Shown one piece after another: positions 25,366 to 38,187 of a stretch of 64,000 bases of DNA. The notes beneath the pieces were generated by a model. The model saw only the letters and a program-made list of their open reading frames with translations, made no database searches and was not told the origin of the DNA. A program made the position numbers and the translations under genes. Source of the stretch: Rhodoferax sp. (lineage in GTDB: Bacteria > Pseudomonadota > Gammaproteobacteria > Burkholderiales > Burkholderiaceae_C). Location of the stretch: positions 3,596 through 67,595 of the forward strand of contig JAIPCE010000001.1 of assembly GCA_021738345.1 (NCBI GenBank). The letters run 5' to 3'. Positions within the stretch are counted from its first letter, which is position 1. Each line of letters begins with the position of its first letter.

Positions 25366-27369
25366 CTACTTGAGCCAAACAAAATAAGTCATCAGCACCA
25401 AAATGCCCAACAGCATGGCGAGCGCATAGTGATACAGGTATCCAGACTGCAACTTGCGCACCGTGCCAGACAACCAGGCCACCACCTTCCAGGACCCATT
25501 GACAAGCAGGCCGTCAATGAGCGCCTGATCACCGCCCTTCCATAGCCCTGAACCCAAAACTCGCGCTCCACGAGCCAACACATTTTCGTTGATCCAGTCG
25601 AGGTAGTACTTGTTTTCAAGCAAGGTGAAGACAGGCATGGCCGCGCGCTTGATCGTGGCTGGCAACGCGGGATTCACCATATACATGTAATAGGCAGTAG
25701 CAACACCCGCCAAGGCCAACCAGAAAGGCATCGTCCCCAGTGCATGGGTCGCCATGGCCAGGGGGCCATGAAATGCTTGCGCCAACTCATGCATGACCGG
25801 ATGTCGCTGGCTATTGACAAAGATCGCATCCTTGAAAAAATCACCGTAAAGCATCGGTTGAATGGTCATAAAACCAATCACCACGGATGGAATCGCCAAC
25901 AGAATCAGAGGAACCGTCACGACCCAGGGCGATTCATGGGGGTTATGGTGACCACCGTGGTGACCATGGTGTGCGTCAGGGTTTTGGTCATATCTCTCCG
26001 CGCCATGAAACACCAGGAAATACAGCCTGAAAGAGTAGAACGCGGTCACGAATACCCCTGCCAACACGGCAAAAGTCGCAAACCCGGCACCTGCCAGGTG
26101 ACTGGCATGCACCGCCTCAATGATGCTGTCCTTGGAGTAAAAACCTGCAAACAGCGGTGTTCCAATCAGTGCCAGAGAACCCAGCAGCGAAGTCATCCAG
26201 GTGATAGGCATGTACTTACGCACACCGCCCATCCATCGGATATCCTGGTTGTGGTGCAGCCCCATAATCACCGATCCGGCAGCGAGGAACAACAAAGCCT
26301 TGAAGAAGGCGTGGGTCATCAAGTGAAACACGGCCACTGAATACGCGGAGGCACCCAGAGCCACCGTCATATAGCCCAGCTGAGACAGCGTCGAATACGC
26401 CACAATCCGCTTGATGTCGTTTTGAATAATACCCAAAAAGCCCATAAACAACGCTGTAATGGCCCCAATCACCATCACGAAACTTAGTGCAGTGTCACTT
26501 AGCTCAAACAGCGGCGACATCCTTGCCACCATAAAGATACCCGCAGTGACCATCGTGGCAGCGTGAATCAGCGCTGAAATGGGTGTGGGGCCTTCCATCG
26601 AATCCGGCAACCACACATGCAAGGGGAACTGAGCGGATTTACCCATCGCTCCAACAAACAGACAAATGCAGGCCACGGTCAAGAGCATCCAGTCGGTACC
26701 AGGGAAAGTCAAAGCAGCAAGTTGACCCGACTTGGCAAAAGTCTCGGTGTAATTCAAGGTGCCCGCATACGCCGCGATCAGGCCGATTCCTAGAATAAAA
26801 CCGAAATCCCCTACCCGATTGACCAAAAAGGCCTTCATATTCGCGAATATCGCCGTCGGTTTGTTATACCAAAAACCGATCAAAAGATAAGAAACCAAGC
26901 CAACAGCTTCCCAACCAAAAAACAGTTGAAGCATGTTGTTGCTCATCACAAGCATCAGCATGGAAAAGGTAAACAGCGAAATGTAGGAAAAGAAACGGTT
27001 GTAGCCCTCATCCTCTTCCATGTACCCAACCGTATACAAGTGAACCATGAGAGAAACAAATGTTACTACGCACATCATCATGGCTGTCAGACCATCGACC
27101 AAAAACCCGATCTCCATCTTCAGGCCACCCACGACCATCCAGGTGTAAATGGTTTCATTAAAACGCGCACCGTCCAGCGCTACTGACTTGAGGGTGAGCG
27201 CTGACAACACAAAAGCGATGAAAACACCAAGTATGGTGAGCGTATGGCTCCCGGTCCTACCTATGCGATTGCCACCAAATTTGGTACCCAATACACCCGC
27301 AAGTACGGAACCCACCAACGGTGCAAGCGGCACCATCAGCAATGTAGAAGTTGACAGGGTTTGACTCAT
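25366..27369 (-). CDS. nuoL: NADH-quinone oxidoreductase subunit L
   Basis: GKSAQFPLHVWLPDSMEGPTPISALIHAATMV, THAFFKALLFL. Confidence 0.97.
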   Translation of the reverse strand: MSQTLSTSTLLMVPLAPLVGSVLAGVLGTKFGGNRIGRTGSHTLTILGVFIAFVLSALTLKSVALDGARFNETIYTWMVVGGLKMEIGFLVDGLTAMMMCVVTFVSLMVHLYTVGYMEEDEGYNRFFSYISLFTFSMLMLVMSNNMLQLFFGWEAVGLVSYLLIGFWYNKPTAIFANMKAFLVNRVGDFGFILGIGLIAAYAGTLNYTETFAKSGQLAALTFPGTDWMLLTVACICLFVGAMGKSAQFPLHVWLPDSMEGPTPISALIHAATMVTAGIFMVARMSPLFELSDTALSFVMVIGAITALFMGFLGIIQNDIKRIVAYSTLSQLGYMTVALGASAYSVAVFHLMTHAFFKALLFLAAGSVIMGLHHNQDIRWMGGVRKYMPITWMTSLLGSLALIGTPLFAGFYSKDSIIEAVHASHLAGAGFATFAVLAGVFVTAFYSFRLYFLVFHGAERYDQNPDAHHGHHGGHHNPHESPWVVTVPLILLAIPSVVIGFMTIQPMLYGDFFKDAIFVNSQRHPVMHELAQAFHGPLAMATHALGTMPFWLALAGVATAYYMYMVNPALPATIKRAAMPVFTLLENKYYLDWINENVLARGARVLGSGLWKGGDQALIDGLLVNGSWKVVAWLSGTVRKLQSGYLYHYALAMLLGILVLMTYFVWLK

Positions 27370-27376
27370 ATCTTTG

Positions 27377-27685
27377 TTAACCCTTTAGGGTATTGATTTC
27401 GTCCACACTGATGCCGGACTTGTTGCGAAACAGCAGTACCAGAATTGCCAAACCTATGGCGGACTCGGCAGCCGCAACCGTCAAGATGAAAAACACAAAC
27501 ACTTGACCATGCATGTCGTGAAGGTAATGTGAGAATGCTACAAAGTTGGTATTGACTGCCAATAGCATCAATTCGATGGCCATCAACAAAACAATCAGGT
27601 TGCGGCGGTTAAGGAATATCCCGACCACAGACAACGCAAACAACATTGCACCCAATGAAAGGAAATGGCCAAGTGTCAATGTCAT
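27377..27685 (-). CDS. nuoK: NADH-quinone oxidoreductase subunit K
   Basis: [23 protein letters not shown]. Confidence 0.97.
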   Translation of the reverse strand: MTLTLGHFLSLGAMLFALSVVGIFLNRRNLIVLLMAIELMLLAVNTNFVAFSHYLHDMHGQVFVFFILTVAAAESAIGLAILVLLFRNKSGISVDEINTLKG

Positions 27686-28338
27686 GCTTGCGTCTCCGGA
27701 GTCGAGTCGGTCGGTGCAGGGTCGCTGGTCTTGGTTGGCGCCATTTTGAGGACGGTCAAACGATCGCTCGCCTTGACGCGAACCTGGTCGCCCGGGTTTA
27801 AATACTTGGTGTCCTTGCGTACACGCAAAGTCAGGGCAATCGCGGCAAACATTGCCACAAGCAAAATTGCCGCCGCAACTTCCAGAGGATAAATATACTG
27901 GGTGTACATAAGCAATCCCAATTCCTTGGTATTGGACTGTTGCACGGCCCCCACCATGGCAGCGCCGGAGTTTCCATCTGCGGTGTCAGAGATTCGAAAA
28001 CCGCCCATCAGCACAGCGGCCATCTCCAGGGCTATCACCACACCGACCACTGCAGCAAGTGGAAAGTGGTTCCAGAAACCCACACGCATTCCCTCGATAT
28101 TGATATCCAGCATCATCACAACAAACAGGAACAGAACCATGACTGCGCCCACGTAGACCAAGATCAGGGCAATCGAAAGGAACTCAGCCTTGAGCAGCAT
28201 CCAGATCATCGCTGCCTGGAAAAAAGTTAACACCAAAAATAACACGGCATGGACGGGATTGCGCGCAGTAATTACACGGAAGGCGGCAATCAACAGCACC
28301 GTCGAAAAAATATAGAAAAGACCGGTCGTCACATTCAT
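27682..28338 (-). CDS. nuoJ: NADH-quinone oxidoreductase subunit J
   Basis: [27 protein letters not shown]; ATG 28338 chosen. Confidence 0.96.
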   Translation of the reverse strand: MNVTTGLFYIFSTVLLIAAFRVITARNPVHAVLFLVLTFFQAAMIWMLLKAEFLSIALILVYVGAVMVLFLFVVMMLDINIEGMRVGFWNHFPLAAVVGVVIALEMAAVLMGGFRISDTADGNSGAAMVGAVQQSNTKELGLLMYTQYIYPLEVAAAILLVAMFAAIALTLRVRKDTKYLNPGDQVRVKASDRLTVLKMAPTKTSDPAPTDSTPETQA

Positions 28339-28363
28339 GGTTCGATTTCCTTTTCGCGCCAGT

Positions 28364-28897
28364 TCAACGGTACTTGGCGTCTGCCTGCTTATTTGCAGCG
28401 ATCTCAGATTCGTAACGATCACCAACCGCAAGCAACATCTCTTTAGTGAAGTACAAATCGCCCCTTTTTTCACCGTGGTATTCCAAAATATGCGTTTCGA
28501 CGATGGAATCCACCGGGCAGCTTTCTTCACAAAAGCCACAAAAAATGCATTTGCTCAAATCGATGTCATAGCGGGTGGTTCGGCGAGATCCGTCGTCACG
28601 CACCTCTGATTCAATGCTGATAGCCATCGCGGGACAGACCGCCTCGCACAACTTGCACGCAATGCAACGTTCTTCGCCATTTTCGTAACGTCTCAGGGCG
28701 TGCAATCCTCTAAACCGAGGGGACAGCGGCGTTTTCTCTTCGGGGTACTCCAGGGTGATCTTGCCGCGAAAAGCGTACTTCCCGGTAAGGGCCATGCCCT
28801 TGAAAAGCTCAGTCAAAAGAAAACTTGACAGAAAATCCTTGAGCGAAAAGGCGCTTCCCGGCGAACTACTGACAGATTTTGAAGTTGGGGTAGACAT
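28364..28897 (-). CDS. nuoI: NADH-quinone oxidoreductase subunit I
   Basis: [12 protein letters not shown] and [12 protein letters not shown] ferredoxin motifs. Confidence 0.97.
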   Translation of the reverse strand: MSTPTSKSVSSSPGSAFSLKDFLSSFLLTELFKGMALTGKYAFRGKITLEYPEEKTPLSPRFRGLHALRRYENGEERCIACKLCEAVCPAMAISIESEVRDDGSRRTTRYDIDLSKCIFCGFCEESCPVDSIVETHILEYHGEKRGDLYFTKEMLLAVGDRYESEIAANKQADAKYR

Positions 28898-28909
28898 AGA
28901 CAACTCGAA

Positions 28910-29992
28910 TTACTTCCAAATGTTCAACGGGGTCTGCATCCACACCCCCACCAACACCAGCCAGACGAGTGTGACGGGAATAAAAATCTTCCATCCGAGG
29001 CGCATGATCTGGTCGTACCTGAACCGCGGAAATGTCACCCGCACCCAGATGAACATAGTCATCACGCAAAACGTCTTGAGTCCCAACCAGATCCAGCCCG
29101 GTATCCAGTTGAAAAGCGAGCTGTCTATCGGCGACAACCAGCCACCAAGAAACATGACGGTCGCAAGAACGGACACCAACCAAATATTGGCGTACTCCGC
29201 CATCTGAAACATGGCCCATGACATGCCCGAGTATTCCACCATGTGGCCGGCCACAATTTCGGATTCGCCTTCAATCACATCAAATGGGGTCCGATTGGTT
29301 TCTGCCAGACCCGAGACAAAGTAAATAACGAATATTGGCAACAAAGGCAGCCAGTTCCAGGATAGGAACGACAGTCCCATCTGTGCGAAATGACCTTTAC
29401 CCTGACCCGCCACGATATCGGAAAGATTCAGGCTTGCCGATACCATCAGCACGATCAAGAAACAAAACCCCATCGCGATTTCGTAACTGACCATTTGCGC
29501 CGAGGCCCGCAAGGCACCAAGGAAGGCGTACTTAGAGTTGGACGACCAACCCGAAATGATCACGCCGTACACCTCCATGGAAGTAATGGCCATCAGGAAA
29601 AGCAATCCTGCATTGAGATTGGCGACCGCGACCTCCGGGCCAAAAGGTATTACTGCCCAAGCTGCCAATGCAGGTGCAACGGTCAGGACCGGACCAATAT
29701 AAAACAGGGATTTATCAGCCGCTGTCGGTCGAAGCACTTCTTTGGTCATCAGCTTCAGGGCATCTGCAATCGGCTGGAGCAGACCCCATGGACCAACACG
29801 GTTCGGGCCGGGCCGGATTTGTGCCCAGCCCAACAATTTCCGCTCCCAAAGTGTGGCATATGTCACAGCCAACATGACCAGCATCAGAACCAGACTCACT
29901 TTGACCATCGCCCAAATCATGGGCCATGCATACTCACCCCACCAGGGAGCCGCCAGAAGCCCCTGACCAAAGGCAAAGACCACGTCGCTCAT
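28910..29992 (-). CDS. nuoH: NADH-quinone oxidoreductase subunit H
   Basis: ERK...[36 protein letters not shown]. Confidence 0.97.
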   Translation of the reverse strand: MSDVVFAFGQGLLAAPWWGEYAWPMIWAMVKVSLVLMLVMLAVTYATLWERKLLGWAQIRPGPNRVGPWGLLQPIADALKLMTKEVLRPTAADKSLFYIGPVLTVAPALAAWAVIPFGPEVAVANLNAGLLFLMAITSMEVYGVIISGWSSNSKYAFLGALRASAQMVSYEIAMGFCFLIVLMVSASLNLSDIVAGQGKGHFAQMGLSFLSWNWLPLLPIFVIYFVSGLAETNRTPFDVIEGESEIVAGHMVEYSGMSWAMFQMAEYANIWLVSVLATVMFLGGWLSPIDSSLFNWIPGWIWLGLKTFCVMTMFIWVRVTFPRFRYDQIMRLGWKIFIPVTLVWLVLVGVWMQTPLNIWK

Positions 29993-32127
29993 GCTGCCAC
30001 CTCCTGCATTTGAGTGGTTCGTGCGTCTGCGGTCAACTGCAGTGATGGCGCCCGGCGCACGATAGAGTCGATCTGATAAATAGCCGCTACGCAGGGCTCA
30101 ATATCCAGGCCTGACACAGGCACGGTCCTCGACGGCGCATTGCTCAACAGATTCGCAGGCACCCATTGCGGTGCATCAGAAACATGACCGGTCTGGATCT
30201 GCTGCAATACTTCCTGCGCCGAATCGAAACCAAGACCCGGCAGACCCAAAACATCGGCTAGTGCTCGCAGCACCTTCCAAGCCGGTCGCGCCTCACCAAG
30301 GGGCCGCACAACAGCGTGGAAACTTTGCACTCGACCCTCGGCATTCACAAAGGTTCCGGGCGTTTCGGTAAACGGTGCGATCGGCAAAACCACATCACTG
30401 ACATCCAGATTCGCCTTGAATGGACTCAAGGTCAACACCATTTCGCACTTCTTCAAGGCTGCAACGGCATCTGTTCCGCCGGCAGCATCAAACTCAGGCT
30501 CAGCATTGAGCAAAATAGCGGCTTTAAGAGCTCCTGATAGCATTTGCCCTGCATTCAGCCCCCCTGGTCCGGGCATTGCACCCACCCACTGGGCACCTAC
30601 TGTGTTGCCCGATTCGGTCAGGTATCCCACATGCGCGCCCGTTTGGTCGGCAATCCAGTTCGCGAGCGCCAGCAAAGAATGGGCTTGAGGATGGTGTGCA
30701 GCAGCATTGCCTAACAGCACGGCCTTACGTTCACCTTTGATCAGCGAACGGGCAATGGCATTGGTAAGCTCGCTCGGTTTCCCAGCCTGAGGCGCATCAA
30801 TTTTCTTCTCCACGGCGATTGACGCCGCGATATCGGCCAAGGTCTGCACCCAGGTACCAGAAGGTGAAACACTAACGTGGCGTACTGGCAACGCCCAGTC
30901 AAAGGCAGTGGCATTCACCACGCTCACGGTACAGCCAGCCCGGGCAGCCTGCCGTATTCGTTGCGCAAACAAAGGATGGTCCTTACGCAAGTTAGAGCCA
31001 ACCACCAGCGCACTTTGCAGAGTCGATAGCGCTGCAATTGGCATGCCAAGATACCGCCCGCCAGGAGCGTCCGCCTCAAATTGGGCATTACGCAAGCGAT
31101 AGTCAATGTTTTGGCTACCCAAGCCCCGTACAAGGGCACCCGCGAGGTATAGCTCTTCTAGCGTACTGTGGGGACTTACCAGTGCGCCGATAGAATTTGC
31201 ACCGTGGTTGCTCTTGATGCTCTGCAAACCGTGCGCCACATACTCCATGGCAGTTTTCCAGTCAACTTGCTTCCATTCGCCGCCTTGCTTGATCATCGGC
31301 GCCGTCAGGCGCTGCTCCCCATTCAAGGCTTCATAGGAATAACGGTCGCGGTCCGCGATCCAGCATTCGTTGACGGCTTCGTTTTCAAAGGGTACCACGC
31401 GCATCACACGGTGGTTTTTGACCTGCACGACCAGATTGGCACCGGTTGAGTCATGCGGACTGATGGATTTGCGACGCGACAGTTCCCAGGTTCGAGCACT
31501 GTACCTGAAGGGCTTGCTCGTCAACGCACCCACGGGGCAAATGTCAATCATGTTGCCTGAGAGCTCTGAATCCACTGATTGTCCGACAAAGGTTTCTATT
31601 TCGGCATGCTCGCCTCGGTGCGACATCCCAAGTTCCATCACACCTGCCACTTCCTGACCGAAACGAACACAGCGCGTGCAATGAATACAGCGGCTCATCT
31701 CCTCCATGGAAATCAATGGTCCGATATCCTTGTGAAAGACAACTCGCTTCTCCTCTTCATATCGCGAAGAAGTACCACCGTACCCGACCGCCAAATCTTG
31801 CAATTGACACTCTCCGCCCTGATCACAGATCGGGCAATCTAGCGGATGGTTAATGAGCAAAAACTCCATGACGGATTTCTGCGCCTTGACTGCCTTCTCA
31901 CTTTTTGTCCTCACAACCATACCTTTTGTCACCGGTGTGGCACAGGCAGGCATGGGTTTCGGCATTTTTTCCACATCCACCAGGCACATGCGGCAACTTG
32001 CCGCAATGCTTAGCTTCTTGTGGTAGCAGAAATGGGGAATATAGGACCCCGCCTTTTCGGCCGCATGCATGATCATGCTGCCTTCAACTATGTCAATCTT
32101 CTTGCCGTCGAGTTCGATTTCAATCAT
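29989..32127 (-). CDS. nuoG: NADH-quinone oxidoreductase subunit G
   Basis: [42 protein letters not shown]. Confidence 0.97.
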   Translation of the reverse strand: MIEIELDGKKIDIVEGSMIMHAAEKAGSYIPHFCYHKKLSIAASCRMCLVDVEKMPKPMPACATPVTKGMVVRTKSEKAVKAQKSVMEFLLINHPLDCPICDQGGECQLQDLAVGYGGTSSRYEEEKRVVFHKDIGPLISMEEMSRCIHCTRCVRFGQEVAGVMELGMSHRGEHAEIETFVGQSVDSELSGNMIDICPVGALTSKPFRYSARTWELSRRKSISPHDSTGANLVVQVKNHRVMRVVPFENEAVNECWIADRDRYSYEALNGEQRLTAPMIKQGGEWKQVDWKTAMEYVAHGLQSIKSNHGANSIGALVSPHSTLEELYLAGALVRGLGSQNIDYRLRNAQFEADAPGGRYLGMPIAALSTLQSALVVGSNLRKDHPLFAQRIRQAARAGCTVSVVNATAFDWALPVRHVSVSPSGTWVQTLADIAASIAVEKKIDAPQAGKPSELTNAIARSLIKGERKAVLLGNAAAHHPQAHSLLALANWIADQTGAHVGYLTESGNTVGAQWVGAMPGPGGLNAGQMLSGALKAAILLNAEPEFDAAGGTDAVAALKKCEMVLTLSPFKANLDVSDVVLPIAPFTETPGTFVNAEGRVQSFHAVVRPLGEARPAWKVLRALADVLGLPGLGFDSAQEVLQQIQTGHVSDAPQWVPANLLSNAPSRTVPVSGLDIEPCVAAIYQIDSIVRRAPSLQLTADARTTQMQEVAA

Positions 32128-32220
32128 CTTTAGCCTCTCGTCGAACTGCCCAAGGGTGATTCGGGCCAGCCTGGGGTAACAGCGAACGAATAGTGATCAG
32201 GGTGGTTCATGGGAGCAGAA

Positions 32221-33573
32221 TCAAACGTAAGCCGGGACCATGCAGGTCTTGTGCTCGACGTGGTAGTCAAATTCGGGGCGAAAGTGCTTGAGCATGGCCC
32301 GCACCGGCATGGCTGCAGCGTCGCCGAGCGCGCAGATCGTACGACCCTGAATATCTTCAGCCACACTGTCGAGCAAATCCATATCTGCCTTTCGACCTTG
32401 TCCGTTTTCGATACGGTCAACAATCCGCGATAACCAACCGGTACCCTCGCGACACGGTGTGCACTGACCACACGACTCGTGCATGTAAAAATAGCTAAGT
32501 CGTTGAAGACTCTTGACCATGCAACGGCTGTCATCCATCACAATCACCGCACCCGAGCCCAACATCGAACCCGCCTTGGAAATGGAGTCGTAATCCATGG
32601 TGCAATCCATCATGATGGACGCAGGAAGTATGGGAGAGGACGACCCACCTGGAATGACCGCCTTCAACTTACGCCCGGCCCGCACTCCACCCGAAAGTTC
32701 CAGCAACTTGGCAAAGGAAGTACCCATGGGCACCTCGAAGTTCCCGGGCAACTCAACATCTCCGCTGACCGAGTAGATTTTGGTTCCACCGTTATTTGGC
32801 TTGCCGCACGCAACATAGGCTTGCCCGCCATTGCGAATAATCCACGGAACTGCAGCAAAGGTCTCGGTGTTATTGATTGTGGTTGGCTTGCCATACAGTC
32901 CAAAACTGGCCGGGAAAGGAGGCTTAAAACGAGGCTGTCCCTTTTTTCCCTCCAAGGACTCGAGCAGCGCGGTTTCTTCACCGCAAATATAGGCGCCAAA
33001 ACCGTGGGCCGCGTGTAATTGAAAGCTGAAGTCACTACCCAAAATGTTGTCGCCCAGATAGCCCGCCTTACGTGCCTCTTCCAACGCTTCTTCAAAACGC
33101 TGGTAGGTTGAAAAAATCTCTCCGTGAATATAGTTATAACCGACCGTGGTGCCCATCGCGAACGCAGCGATCGCCATACCTTCAATCACAATATGGGGAT
33201 TAAAGTCTAAAATCTCACGGTCTTTGCAGGTACCCGGCTCACCCTCATCTGAATTGCACACCAGATACTTTTGTCCAGGGAACTGACGTGGCATGAAGCT
33301 CCATTTCAAGCCGGTAGGAAAGCCGGCACCACCCCTCCCCCGCAAAGCCGACTCCTTGACCACCGCTATCACCTGGTCCTGAGTCATGGGGGGGCTACCA
33401 TCTTTACCCAATATCTTGCGCAGTGCCTGGTATCCACCGCGTGCTTCGTAGTCTTTCAAGTGCCAGTTGGAGCCATTCAAATCGGCAAGAATTTGAGGTT
33501 CAATGTGGCGACCATGAAAGCAGGTCTGCACACCCGTCGCACGAAATTGTGAAATAACAGACTCTGCAGACAT
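32221..33573 (-). CDS. nuoF: NADH-quinone oxidoreductase subunit F
   Basis: [39 protein letters not shown]. Confidence 0.97.
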   Translation of the reverse strand: MSAESVISQFRATGVQTCFHGRHIEPQILADLNGSNWHLKDYEARGGYQALRKILGKDGSPPMTQDQVIAVVKESALRGRGGAGFPTGLKWSFMPRQFPGQKYLVCNSDEGEPGTCKDREILDFNPHIVIEGMAIAAFAMGTTVGYNYIHGEIFSTYQRFEEALEEARKAGYLGDNILGSDFSFQLHAAHGFGAYICGEETALLESLEGKKGQPRFKPPFPASFGLYGKPTTINNTETFAAVPWIIRNGGQAYVACGKPNNGGTKIYSVSGDVELPGNFEVPMGTSFAKLLELSGGVRAGRKLKAVIPGGSSSPILPASIMMDCTMDYDSISKAGSMLGSGAVIVMDDSRCMVKSLQRLSYFYMHESCGQCTPCREGTGWLSRIVDRIENGQGRKADMDLLDSVAEDIQGRTICALGDAAAMPVRAMLKHFRPEFDYHVEHKTCMVPAYV

Positions 33574-34061
33574 TATTTGCCTCCGGCCGAACGTAAACCA
33601 TCAATCAATTGATCCAGTTTGTCCGGACTCATGAAGCTGCACATCGACCTGTCATTTACCAACATGACGGGAGAATCCGCACACGCACCAAGACACTCGC
33701 TTTGCTGCAAGGTAAACATCCCATCTGAGGTGGTTTGGCCCATCGCGATTCCAAGCTTTTGTTCAAGGTACTTTAACGTGCTCACGCCTTCACGAAGTTG
33801 ACAAGGTAAATTGGTGCATACATTGAGCTTGTACCTACCAACGGGTTGCTGGTTGTACATGTTGTAGAAAGTGGTGACTTCATGCACTGCCATGACCGGC
33901 ATACCCAGGAAAAGCGCAATTTCACGCTCCGCATTTTCACTTACATATCCAGATTCGTTTTGTGCAATAGCCAGACACGCCATTACAGCCGACTGCTTCT
34001 GGTCAGGTGGATACTTGGCCACTTCACGCGCAAAAAGCGCTTTGGATTCTTCAGAAATCAT
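33573..34061 (-). CDS. nuoE: NADH-quinone oxidoreductase subunit E
   Basis: [20 protein letters not shown] 2Fe-2S ligands. Confidence 0.97.
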   Translation of the reverse strand: MISEESKALFAREVAKYPPDQKQSAVMACLAIAQNESGYVSENAEREIALFLGMPVMAVHEVTTFYNMYNQQPVGRYKLNVCTNLPCQLREGVSTLKYLEQKLGIAMGQTTSDGMFTLQQSECLGACADSPVMLVNDRSMCSFMSPDKLDQLIDGLRSAGGK

Positions 34062-35311
34062 CGGTCCACTTCCCCAAACACTATATCCATGGTGCCAATG
34101 ATGGACACCGCGTCCGCAATCATGTGACCTTTACCCATTTCATCCAACGCGGCCAAATGCACAAAAGCGGGTGGCCGAATCTTCATGCGATAAGGCTTAT
34201 TGGCGCCATCGCTGACAAAATAAATTCCAAATTCACCTTTTGGGTGCTCAATCGCGGCATACGCTTCACCCGCTGGAACACAGAAGCCTTCGGTAAACAA
34301 CTTGAAATGGTGAATCAAATCTTCCATATTTGACTTCATCGATTCGCGGTCTGGCGGCGCTATCTTACGATTATCAGTAATCACCGGGCCTGGATTCACC
34401 CTCAACCAATCGACACACTGCTTGATAATGCGATTGGATTGCTTCATTTCCTCCATGCGCACTAGGTAGCGGTCGTAAGTATCACCTGTTTTGCCAACTG
34501 GAATGTCAAAATCCAGGCGGTCATAGACGTCATAAGGCTGCTTTTTGCGCAAATCCCATGCGATGCCGGATCCACGCAACATCGGACCGGTAAAACCAAG
34601 ATTCAGGGCACGCTCAGGCGTCACCACACCGATGCCAACCGTCCGTTGCTTCCATATCCGATTGTCGGTCAACAGCGTGTGGTACTCACCTAAAAATGTA
34701 GGAAACCGACTCGTAAAGTCGTCGATGAAATCCAGCAGACTGCCACCGCGATTTCGATTGAGGTCTGCGGTAGATTTCTGACTACGTATCTTGTTGGGCT
34801 GGTACCTTGGCATAGCATCTGGCAAGTCACGGTACACGCCACCGGGGCGGAAATAGGCAGCATGCATTCTGGCGCCACTGGCCGCCTCGTACATGTCAAA
34901 TAAATCCTCGCGCTCGCGAAATGCGTACAACATCACGGTCATGGCACCGCAATCGATTGCGTGCGCCCCGACCCATAGCAAATGATTCAAAAGTCGAGTG
35001 ATTTCTGAATACATGACGCGGATGTATTGCGCGCGTAAAGGAACCTCCAGCTTGAGCATTTTTTCCAAGGCCAAGCAATAGGCATGCTCATTGCACATCA
35101 TTGACATGTAGTCAAGACGGTCCATGTAGGGCAAGGCCTGCAAATAGGTCTTGCTCTCAGCAAGCTTTTCGGTGGCACGGTGCAGCAGCCCAATATGCGG
35201 ATCTGCGCGCTGAATGACTTCGCCGTCAAGCTCCAGAACCAGGCGCAAAACACCGTGCGCAGCGGGGTGCTGCGGACCAAAGTTCAGGGTGTAGTTGTGT
35301 ATTTCAGCCAT
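34058..35311 (-). CDS. nuoD: NADH-quinone oxidoreductase subunit D
   Basis: [35 protein letters not shown]. Confidence 0.98.
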   Translation of the reverse strand: MAEIHNYTLNFGPQHPAAHGVLRLVLELDGEVIQRADPHIGLLHRATEKLAESKTYLQALPYMDRLDYMSMMCNEHAYCLALEKMLKLEVPLRAQYIRVMYSEITRLLNHLLWVGAHAIDCGAMTVMLYAFREREDLFDMYEAASGARMHAAYFRPGGVYRDLPDAMPRYQPNKIRSQKSTADLNRNRGGSLLDFIDDFTSRFPTFLGEYHTLLTDNRIWKQRTVGIGVVTPERALNLGFTGPMLRGSGIAWDLRKKQPYDVYDRLDFDIPVGKTGDTYDRYLVRMEEMKQSNRIIKQCVDWLRVNPGPVITDNRKIAPPDRESMKSNMEDLIHHFKLFTEGFCVPAGEAYAAIEHPKGEFGIYFVSDGANKPYRMKIRPPAFVHLAALDEMGKGHMIADAVSIIGTMDIVFGEVDR

Positions 35312-35322
35312 GCATTCGCTGC

Positions 35323-35931
35323 TTATTGCAGGCCTCCATAATTGGATTCGCGAATGACGCGTGGCGTGGTCTCGCGTTCTTCAATCGTGATGGGTTGGTA
35401 AATAATGCGACCCAGCTCGGAATCGTAGCGCATCTCCACATGACCAGTTCTAGGGAAATCCTTGCGAAACGGATGACCGATGAAACCATAGTCAGTCAAA
35501 ATCCTACGCAAATCCGTGTGCCCGTCAAACACAATACCAAACAGGTCGAAAGCCTCACGTTCAAACCAATTGGCCGCGCTCCAGATGTCAATCACTGTTG
35601 GCAGCATGGGCGCCAAATCATCAGTCGCAAATACTTTTAGCCTCACGCGCTGATTCAGATTCACCGATAACAGGTGAAGCACCACACAAAACCGCAGGCC
35701 TTGCGGAGATCCATCAAGATATTCGGAATAGTCGACACCGCAGAGATCGATCAGTTGCTCGAAACTGCAGCCCGGCGCGTCCCGAAGTGCGAGCGCAGCC
35801 GAATGGTAGTCAGTCGCAGCGACCCACACTGTGACCTCACCAAAAACCACTTTGAAACTTTTTATTTTGTCACCCAGAGCAGCCTGAACAGCCTTCAAGG
35901 TATCTTCTGGCACAACGGAAAGAGTTGTCAT
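35323..35931 (-). CDS. nuoC: NADH-quinone oxidoreductase subunit C
   Basis: [39 protein letters not shown]. Confidence 0.97.
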   Translation of the reverse strand: MTTLSVVPEDTLKAVQAALGDKIKSFKVVFGEVTVWVAATDYHSAALALRDAPGCSFEQLIDLCGVDYSEYLDGSPQGLRFCVVLHLLSVNLNQRVRLKVFATDDLAPMLPTVIDIWSAANWFEREAFDLFGIVFDGHTDLRRILTDYGFIGHPFRKDFPRTGHVEMRYDSELGRIIYQPITIEERETTPRVIRESNYGGLQ

Positions 35932-35940
35932 GTTTGTCTC

Positions 35941-36420
35941 TCAGACCCGGGCGATCGTTTGTGTTCTGCGAATTTTTTGCTGCAACTGCAATATCCCGTA
36001 AATCAGCGCCTCTGCGGTGGGCGGACAACCCGGCACGTAAACATCGACCGGAACGATGCGATCACAGCCCCTTACCACAGAGTAGCTGTAATGGTAGTAG
36101 CCACCACCGTTGGCACATGAACCCATGCTGATGACCCACCGTGGCTCTGCCATTTGGTCGTATACCTTGCGGAAAGCCGGTGCCATTTTGTTGGTCAGCG
36201 TTCCCGCCACGATCATCAGGTCGGACTGGCGTGGACTGGGGCGAAACACCTCTGCTCCAAAACGACTGATGTCATAGCGTGCAGCCGCCGCATGCATCAT
36301 TTCGACAGCACAGCATGCCAGACCGAAGGTCATGGGCCAGACTGAACCCGTTTTTGCCCAATTCACGACCGAGTCGAAACTGGTGGTGATAAAGCCTTCT
36401 TTGAGAACACCTTCAATCAT
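35941..36420 (-). CDS. nuoB: NADH-quinone oxidoreductase subunit B
   Basis: [29 protein letters not shown]; ATG 36420. Confidence 0.97.
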   Translation of the reverse strand: MIEGVLKEGFITTSFDSVVNWAKTGSVWPMTFGLACCAVEMMHAAAARYDISRFGAEVFRPSPRQSDLMIVAGTLTNKMAPAFRKVYDQMAEPRWVISMGSCANGGGYYHYSYSVVRGCDRIVPVDVYVPGCPPTAEALIYGILQLQQKIRRTQTIARV

Positions 36421-36424
36421 TGCA

Positions 36425-36787
36425 TCACTCCCAATCCAAGGCGCCCTTGATCCACATGTAAACAAAGCCGATGGTGAGAATGGTGACTATCTCCAATCCA
36501 ACCAAAAACCCGACCATGCCCAAATCTTTGAGCGACGCCGCCCAAGGAAACAGCAGTGCAGTTTCCAGATCAAACAAAATAAACAGAATTGCAATGAGGT
36601 AATAACGCACGTCGAATTTCATGCGTGCATCACCGAATGCTTCAAACCCGCATTCGTAGGCAGAATTTTTGGCTTGGTAGGGTCGATTCGGGCCTAGTAT
36701 GTAGCCGATGATCTGGGGCGCTACCCCAGTCACGATACCAATCAATATAAAGAGAAGAACTGGCAGATATTGATCGATGCTCATCAT
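36425..36787 (-). CDS. nuoA: NADH-quinone oxidoreductase subunit A
   Basis: YECGF, FILFDLE, KGALDWE. Confidence 0.97.
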   Translation of the reverse strand: MMSIDQYLPVLLFILIGIVTGVAPQIIGYILGPNRPYQAKNSAYECGFEAFGDARMKFDVRYYLIAILFILFDLETALLFPWAASLKDLGMVGFLVGLEIVTILTIGFVYMWIKGALDWE

Positions 36788-36842
36788 GTGATTCTTGTCA
36801 CTGTTACAAGCTTACTCGCAGAAGGAATAAGCAAAAACCACT

Positions 36843-36927
36843 TGGTGCCGTCGGCGAGACTCGAACTCGCACAGCTCTCGCCACTACCCCCTCAAGATAG
36901 CGTGTCTACCAATTTCACCACGACGGC
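36843..36927 (-). tRNA. tRNA-Leu(GAG)
   Basis: GCCGTCG/CGACGGC acceptor stem plus ACCA, anticodon arm CTATC-TTGAGGG-GGTAG, long variable arm, GTTCGAG T-loop; 85 nt. Confidence 0.97.
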
Positions 36928-37056
36928 GGCTTTTTTCACCTGAATCGCATGAGGAACCCTAAGGTGTTTCGCTTTTCAAGCAAGCTTAGAGTTTACCCTG
37001 AAATTGCCCCAGTTTCCTCCTGAACGAAGCAATTAAAGTAGCCTACTGCAGGTCCC

Positions 37057-37410
37057 TCACTTGAGGGGAATTTGTCCCGCACCAGAGGCCGGCAAGGCCG
37101 GAGCCACCGGTACCTCGGCTGAAGGCACTACGGCCGCCGCGCCCTCCAGAACGCTCCCTGTGCTGGCAGGCCGAAGGTTGCCAAAGTAGGCGAGCGCCAA
37201 CGTACACACGAAGAAGACCGTCGCCAGAACCGCAGTGGTACGTGAAAGGAAGTTGGCGCTGCCACTGGCACCAAACAGGCTTCCAGAGCCACCACTACCA
37301 AAAGCGGCCCCCATATCTGCACCTTTTCCATGCTGGACCAAAATCAACCCAATCATTGCCAACGCTGCGAGCATCTGTACCGTCAAAATGATCGTTAAAA
37401 CCACATTCAT
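37057..37410 (-). CDS. secG: Preprotein translocase subunit SecG
   Basis: LVQHGKGADMGAAFGSG, FLSRTTA. Confidence 0.96.
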   Translation of the reverse strand: MNVVLTIILTVQMLAALAMIGLILVQHGKGADMGAAFGSGGSGSLFGASGSANFLSRTTAVLATVFFVCTLALAYFGNLRPASTGSVLEGAAAVVPSAEVPVAPALPASGAGQIPLK

Positions 37411-37443
37411 CTCAGACTCCTATTCTTTCCACGGACGTGCGCA

Positions 37444-38187
37444 TTACTGCGCGGCCGCAATGATTGCCAAAAAATCTGCGGGTTTCAGTGCCGCCCCACC
37501 TACTAGGCCCCCGTCAATGTCTGGCTGTGCCAATAGTTGTGCCGCATTGCCCGCATTCATACTCCCACCGTAGAGAATGTGCACCCGATCGGCCTGCGCA
37601 GTCGCCGCCCGCAACTGACCACGCAGTACGGCATGGACTTGCTGCGCTTGTTCGACGCTGGCCGTTTTACCGGTACCTATTGCCCATACTGGCTCATAGG
37701 CGACAACGATCTCACTGATGCAATGTCCATTGGCATGAATCACCGCAGCCAATTGCCGTTTGACGACTTCTTCCGTGTGACCCGCCTCCCGCTCCGCCAG
37801 GGTTTCTCCGACACATACCACTGGCGTGATTCCGGCAGCCAGGGCACGTTGCGCCTTGGCTGCCACCACCTGATCGGTCTCGCCGTGGTACTGGCGCCGC
37901 TCAGAATGGCCCACCAAACAGTAGCGCACGCCGAAGTCCTTGAGCATGGCCGCCGAGAACTCACCGGTGAATGCGCCCAGGTCATGCTGGGAAACATCCT
38001 GCCCCCCAAGCGCAATCACACTCCCATCCACCAACTGCTGCACCTGCGCCAGATAAGGTGCCGGCACACACACTGCTACCAGGCATTGCGCGTTGCGAGA
38101 ACCCGCCAGCAGTGCGTCCACCAAAGTCTTGTTGGCGGACAGTGATCCATTCATTTTCCAGTTTCCTGCAATCAGTTTTTTCTTCAT
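37444..38187 (-). CDS. tpiA: Triosephosphate isomerase
   Basis: [33 protein letters not shown]. Confidence 0.98.
   Translation of the reverse strand: MKKKLIAGNWKMNGSLSANKTLVDALLAGSRNAQCLVAVCVPAPYLAQVQQLVDGSVIALGGQDVSQHDLGAFTGEFSAAMLKDFGVRYCLVGHSERRQYHGETDQVVAAKAQRALAAGITPVVCVGETLAEREAGHTEEVVKRQLAAVIHANGHCISEIVVAYEPVWAIGTGKTASVEQAQQVHAVLRGQLRAATAQADRVHILYGGSMNAGNAAQLLAQPDIDGGLVGGAALKPADFLAIIAAAQ

Noticed and set aside
32128-32220. 93 bp spacer between nuoF and nuoG with a weak hairpin; ORF-track entries of 134 aa and 74 aa span it
   Set aside because: Stem is short and imperfect; the ORFs overlap nuoF or nuoG out of frame with no motif.
36843-37056. tRNA-Leu as a possible integration site
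   Set aside because: Flanked directly by secG and nuoA; no integrase or duplicated tRNA 3' end.
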